NCBI RefSeq assembly: GCF_009914755.1
Contig: NC_060940.1
From: the human T2T-CHM13v2.0 reference genome, Homo sapiens
Length of the DNA: 64,000 nucleotides
Reading direction: 5' to 3' (one strand)
Position numbers and translations under genes: made by a program. Below, piece by piece: positions 40,473 through 64,000 of this stretch (positions are counted from its first letter, which is position 1; each line of letters opens with the position of its first letter). The notes beneath the pieces were generated by a model. The model saw nothing but the letters and a program-made list of their open reading frames with translations. It did not search any database and had not been told where the DNA came from.

Positions 40473-40862
40473 TGCTGTGGTCTGGTTGTTTGTGCCTAAC
40501 CCCACTCCCCTGCCCCGATTCATATGTTGAAATCCTAACCCCAAGATGATGGTATTAGGAGATGGGCCCTTTTCAGAGGTGATTAGGTCATGAGGGTGGA
40601 ACCCTCATGAATGGGATTAGTGCCCTATAAAAGAGGTCCAAGGGCACTCCCCTCACCCCTTCCACCAAGTGAAAACACAGCAGGAGGGCATCATCTATGA
40701 ACCCAACCGGAAAGCAGGCTGTCATCAGGCACTGGGACCTAATCTGCTGGGACCTTGATCTTGGACTTCCCAGCCTTTAGGACTGCGAGAAATACATTGC
40801 TCTTATTTATAAGCCACCCACTTTGTAGCATTTTGTTATAGCAGCTCAAAGGGATTAACACA
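40473..40862 (+). mobile_element. MLT1A-like MaLR LTR
   Basis: TTCATATGTTGAAATCCTAACCCC...GGTGATTAGGTCATGAGGG...TTGTTATAGCAGC. Confidence 0.75.
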
Positions 40863-40912
40863 ATGAGCCAACCCTTTGATCCAGCATTCCACTACTAGGG
40901 GTATCCCCAGAT

Positions 40913-41132
40913 CAGGGGTTGGTAAACTGCATGCTGCAGGCCAAGTCTGGTCCACTGCCTGTTTTTTAAGTACAGTTTTATAGGAACAGAGCCCTATCAA
41001 TTTGTTTACATATTATCTATGCCTGCTCTTGTGCTACAACAGTAGAGTTGAGTAGTTGGAGCAGACACTTTGTGACTCTTAAAACCTAAAACATTTGTCA
41101 GGCTTACAAAAAGAGTTCTGCAGCTCGACCCT
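40913..41132 (+). mobile_element. MER58A DNA transposon fossil
   Basis: CAGGGGTTGGTAAACT...GCAGGCCAAGTCTGG...AGAGTTGAGTAGTTG. Confidence 0.75.
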
Positions 41133-41921
41133 AAGTCCACATTTCTTTCTTTTTTCTTTTTTTTTTTTTTGAGATGGAGGTTACAGTGAGCCGAGATCGC
41201 GCCACCGCACTCCAGCGTGGACGACAGAGTAAGACCCCATCTCAAAAAAAAAAAAATGCTAGAACAGAGGCCCCCTAAAGATGGGGGAAGGATTCTGAAA
41301 TAGACGGCCGCAGAGGGCAGCAGTCAGCTAGATGCATCGCCCTGCCTTGTGGCTGGCCTGTGGCCTGGGGGCCCTTCCTTCATCCCTCCACCAGTCCCTG
41401 CTGATGGCGAAATTGTGCTGACAGATGCTGGAAGGAGGCACAGCTAGTCCTGTTTGCTCGAAGAGAGGGCTTTGAAGCCCTAGTGTTTCCACCCTGGGTA
41501 GACAGTGAGATGGTTGTTTTGTTAGCAGGAGAGCACAATTCTACGCTGTGAGTAAGAGCCTAAGAGGGCCTTTTGTTCATAGAAAACAATTAGATGACGG
41601 ATTTTTGGCATCCTTATCTGGACTGCCTTTCTTTAGGAATAAACAGATGATACAGAGCAAAGTTTGTAAATCTCAAATGCAGCGGTTAACCTCTTTGAGG
41701 CTGGCCCACTGGGCTCCCAGGGGCAGCTTCTAAGTGGGAAATGTTTCGATGGAATTCTGGTTACATAAGGAAGTTGCTTTGAAAATCTGGGATAGTTTTC
41801 TATAATGGAATCATTCCCTTGTGTCTTTATTCACGATGAAGTGTAGAGTGAAAGATGCCTCCACTGGGGGTATTGGTGCACGAGAAAAGCCACCTGTGTG
41901 ACGTAAATTCATTCTGTTTAG

Positions 41922-41998
41922 GCAAAGCTGGGACTGCCACATTGGCAATGTCAGAGAAGGTGCGGACCCGGCTGGAGGAGCTGGATGACTTTGAGGAG
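41922..41998 (+). CDS. VPS35L: VPS35L exon 6 ([26 protein letters not shown])
   Basis: ctgtttag| acceptor, GAG|gtgagc donor, 77 nt, phase 1 to 0. Confidence 0.95.
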
Positions 41999-42219
41999 GT
42001 GAGCAAGTCATTTGTGGAATACAGGGAGTGGGAGAGCTTTTCCTTCCTCCTGCCAAGTGAGATCAACCTCGGTGGCTGCTCTTTGATTAATTCCTGGGCT
42101 GCGCATTGTGCTTGGTCCTCTCGAGGCAATGACTCCATCCAGGGAAGGGTGCCAGTGTGCAGTTGGCCGAGCTCACGGAAGCCTGACTGGGGCTGCTTTT
42201 CTAGAGGCCTCTTTTCTCA

Positions 42220-42729
<510 letters not shown>

Positions 42730-43008
42730 TTAAACAGTGGTAAATGTAACCAACAAATACAGAATTTCTTGAAAAAAAAAATCTTTGCCAGGCGCGGTGG
42801 CTCATGCCTATAATCCCAGCACTTTAGGAGACCGAGGCAGGTGGATCTCCTGAGGTCAGGAGTTTGAGACCAGCCTGGCCAACATGGTGAAACCCCGTCT
42901 CTACTAAAAATACAAAAATTAGCTGGGCATGGTGGCGGATGCCTGTAATCCCAGCTACTCAGGAGGCTGAAGTAGGAGAATTGCTTGAACCCAAGAGATG
43001 GAGGTTGA

Positions 43009-43313
<305 letters not shown>

Positions 43314-44392
43314 TGAATTGTAGGAAATATACATATAAACCTTTGGTTCCAGGTCTCATCATGTGTGTTTGCATGACCTTCACTCCTGTGAGTTGTGTGA
43401 AGAGCCTCTTAACAATAGCCCAGGGTTAAGGAGCATTTACTGTGCGTCAGGGACCGTGCCAAGTCATTACCTACATGGTCATTTCATCCCCATGACGATC
43501 CCTTGCTCAGCTGCCGAGGGTTTTTGCTATGGTTGTCTTTCTGTCCTGATTACTCTCTCCTTGGTCTAATTAACACCCCCACACTCTGCAGTACCTGTAC
43601 TCCCCTGAGAGTTTGTCTCAAGTATCACTCCTCCAGGAAGCCATTCCTGATCCCCCCATCACAGTTTACAGTCCATTTCTTTGTTACCATATTTTTTCCA
43701 GTCTGAGATGTACCATTTCTCTCACATTTGAATATCTCTGAAATTGGGGTATATGTTCCTCAGTTGGTTCCTGTCAGTGATCAGCATATTTTTCTTCCTT
43801 AGTAGCCCGTGAAACAGTTGCGCTTTTTTCAATGGGCACCTCAGATCCAGTATATGTGTCCCCATAGAATTGTGTTTTCTCCTGAGCATTTATCTCAGTT
43901 TGAGTTAATATCCGTCTGTCTTCAGAATCTTAAGCTCCATTAGTGCTGAAATACCCTGTCATGTCTTATTGCTTGGGAATCTTGAGCAAAAATGTCTTTG
44001 TATCTCGATCATCTAGTCCCATGTCCTGCACACAGGGGGCCCACAGTTGGTTGAATGAGGTAAGTCTTGTTACCTCAATTCACAGATGAGGCTGTGAGAG
44101 GAAAATAGCTTACCCAGGGTCACACAGCTACTTGGTGTCCAAGCTGGGAGGTGGCTTAGGTCTGACTTGCTTCCAAGGCCAGACTTTCAACCCACAGCAC
44201 TCTGTCCATCTTTGTCAGAAAACTCAAAAGAACCTCTTTGATTGCAAATTGCAAGGCAAAGCTGTCAATCCTGGCGGGGATATGAGGAAAATTTAGAGAC
44301 CAAAACTCAGCCAATACCTAGTATTCTTTATAAGGGTGTAGTCGAGCAATGTTTTTCCTGCTATGCCTTCACCTTCTGCCTTCTCCCCACAG

Positions 44393-44521
44393 GGTTCCCA
44401 AAAGGAGCTGTTGAACTTGACTCAGCAGGATTACGTGAACCGCATAGAGGAGCTCAACCAATCGCTGAAGGATGCCTGGGCCTCAGACCAGAAAGTGAAG
44501 GCTCTAAAAATAGTCATCCAG
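44393..44521 (+). CDS. VPS35L: VPS35L exon 7 ([43 protein letters not shown])
   Basis: ctccccacag| acceptor, CAG|gttagc donor, 129 nt. Confidence 0.95.
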
Positions 44522-44704
44522 GTTAGCTCTAGTGATCCCCCACCCCCACCCAGAATTTCCTATGTAAAATTCCACTGTGAGACTTAGAGTTTTCAGGGGC
44601 CTACCTGCAGGGTCTTACTCTTGTTTTCTCATCCCTTTCTTTTTCATATACTTCCTGTGAAAAGCCATGATTATGAATCTGTGTTTTTATGAGATGGCTA
44701 ATCC

Positions 44705-44831
44705 CAGGGTTACCATGTGCAGCTGCACAGGTTGTGCACTGCACAACTCCAGGAAGCACTCTTCACCCTAGGTTACAGAACTGATGATACCCCATGTGTT
44801 GTGCAGTACATTAACCATGGTGCAACCCCTG
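44705..44831. mobile_element. MER91-like palindromic MITE
   Basis: CAGGG...GGTTGTGCACTGCACAA...CCCTG with internal dyads. Confidence 0.55.
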
Positions 44832-45752
44832 ACACATTTATGATTTGTACACACTAAAGATTGAGCAACTTTCTTTCGGGATTCCTTGACCGCATTCGCT
44901 TGGTGTCTTTGGGATTAATGACGTGTCCCTAATAAATGAATATTTCAGACATATTATGCATGCTTATGTGACAAGGAGAAGTTTACAGCGTTGGGAGAGG
45001 TACATACATTGAATCTTCTTTGTTGATGAATTTGTTAAGCCAGTGACAATTCTTGAACCACAAGAACAAGTACTATGTGGAAAACAGCTTATATGTCTTG
45101 GTCCTAAAGATCCTGCTGTCTCAGCAAAATGTGCTCAGAAGCATATTTGGAAAGGAATAATTCATTAAATTATCATTTTCAGAGCAGAGTCTACAAAGGA
45201 TTTCTGAACTGCCATTTTAGTTCAAAAGGACAGATCCCATTCTCATTCCATGTTATGATAATATGACATTTGTTTTCTCACCTGTTCTTTTGAAAGACAG
45301 GAGAGTCCGGGAGTCTTCACACTGGACACATGAAGTCTTTTAAGATGACTCCTTGTATAGTACGGGTGATTTCTTTGGTATTTCATGATGGGAGGCAAAC
45401 CCACGCCCGTTTCTCTTCAATCACTGTTGTTAGTTTACAGAGTAAATAGTCCCGAAGGCCAGGCCTCTCATCCTGGAAGCCCGTGGAGAGGGTTGCTTGC
45501 TGAGTGTCTCGAGTGAGAAACTATCTGAACTAACAAGTACTTCTTCACAATATTTGCATTGGCAGCATCTCTCCGTAGATTATTGTAGTTTAGAACTGTG
45601 TCTTCTAAGAGGTTTACATCTGGGGGAGATTTGATTCATGTCTTCACAAACAAAATAATCATTAAGTGTGTTTCATCAACTCCACATCTGGCTAATAGTA
45701 ACGATTCAACAATACATTAAGGACTGCCTTCTTTATCCAAAAGACATAGTCA

Positions 45753-45902
<150 letters not shown>

Positions 45903-45949
45903 CTATACGGTAAAGTTTTTTTGTGTGTGTTGGGGGGGTACCCAGTGGC

Positions 45950-52100
<6,151 letters not shown>

Positions 52101-52109
52101 CTATTCAAA

Positions 52110-64000
<11,891 letters not shown>

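Overview
Primate (human-like) genomic DNA, very Alu-dense, containing two tandem + strand genes. I recognise them from their conceptually spliced translations; in human this gene pair lies on chr16p12. (1) The 3' half of CCP110 (centriolar coiled-coil protein CP110): 12 coding exons or exon parts from 1 to 14143 (about residues 487-1012), and a ~2.1 kb 3' UTR ending near AATAAA at 16256. (2) About 2 kb downstream, a CpG-island promoter and the first 8 coding exons (residues 1-241) of VPS35L/C16orf62, the Retriever/Commander subunit; the gene continues beyond the window. All exon boundaries were read as GT-AG with consistent phases. The introns are filled with dozens of Alus, L1/L2/MIR fragments, solo LTRs (MER11, MER31, MER57, MER21, MST, MLT1) and DNA-transposon fossils (MER2, MER20, MER58A, MER5, MER91). 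Repeat names come from recalled consensus sequences and need RepeatMasker/Dfam confirmation. There is no prokaryotic system, CRISPR array or RNA gene. The most interesting signals are: a six-unit 54-60 bp repeat array at the VPS35L 5' end in which every unit carries an ATG (YY1-like sites, an 89-aa in-frame extension and uORFs); a phase-compatible in-frame CCP110-VPS35L read-through splice; a dual-frame CCP110 terminal exon plus a possible third C-terminus; miR-129-3p sites interleaved with proximal poly(A) signals; and two collapsed inverted-Alu scars.
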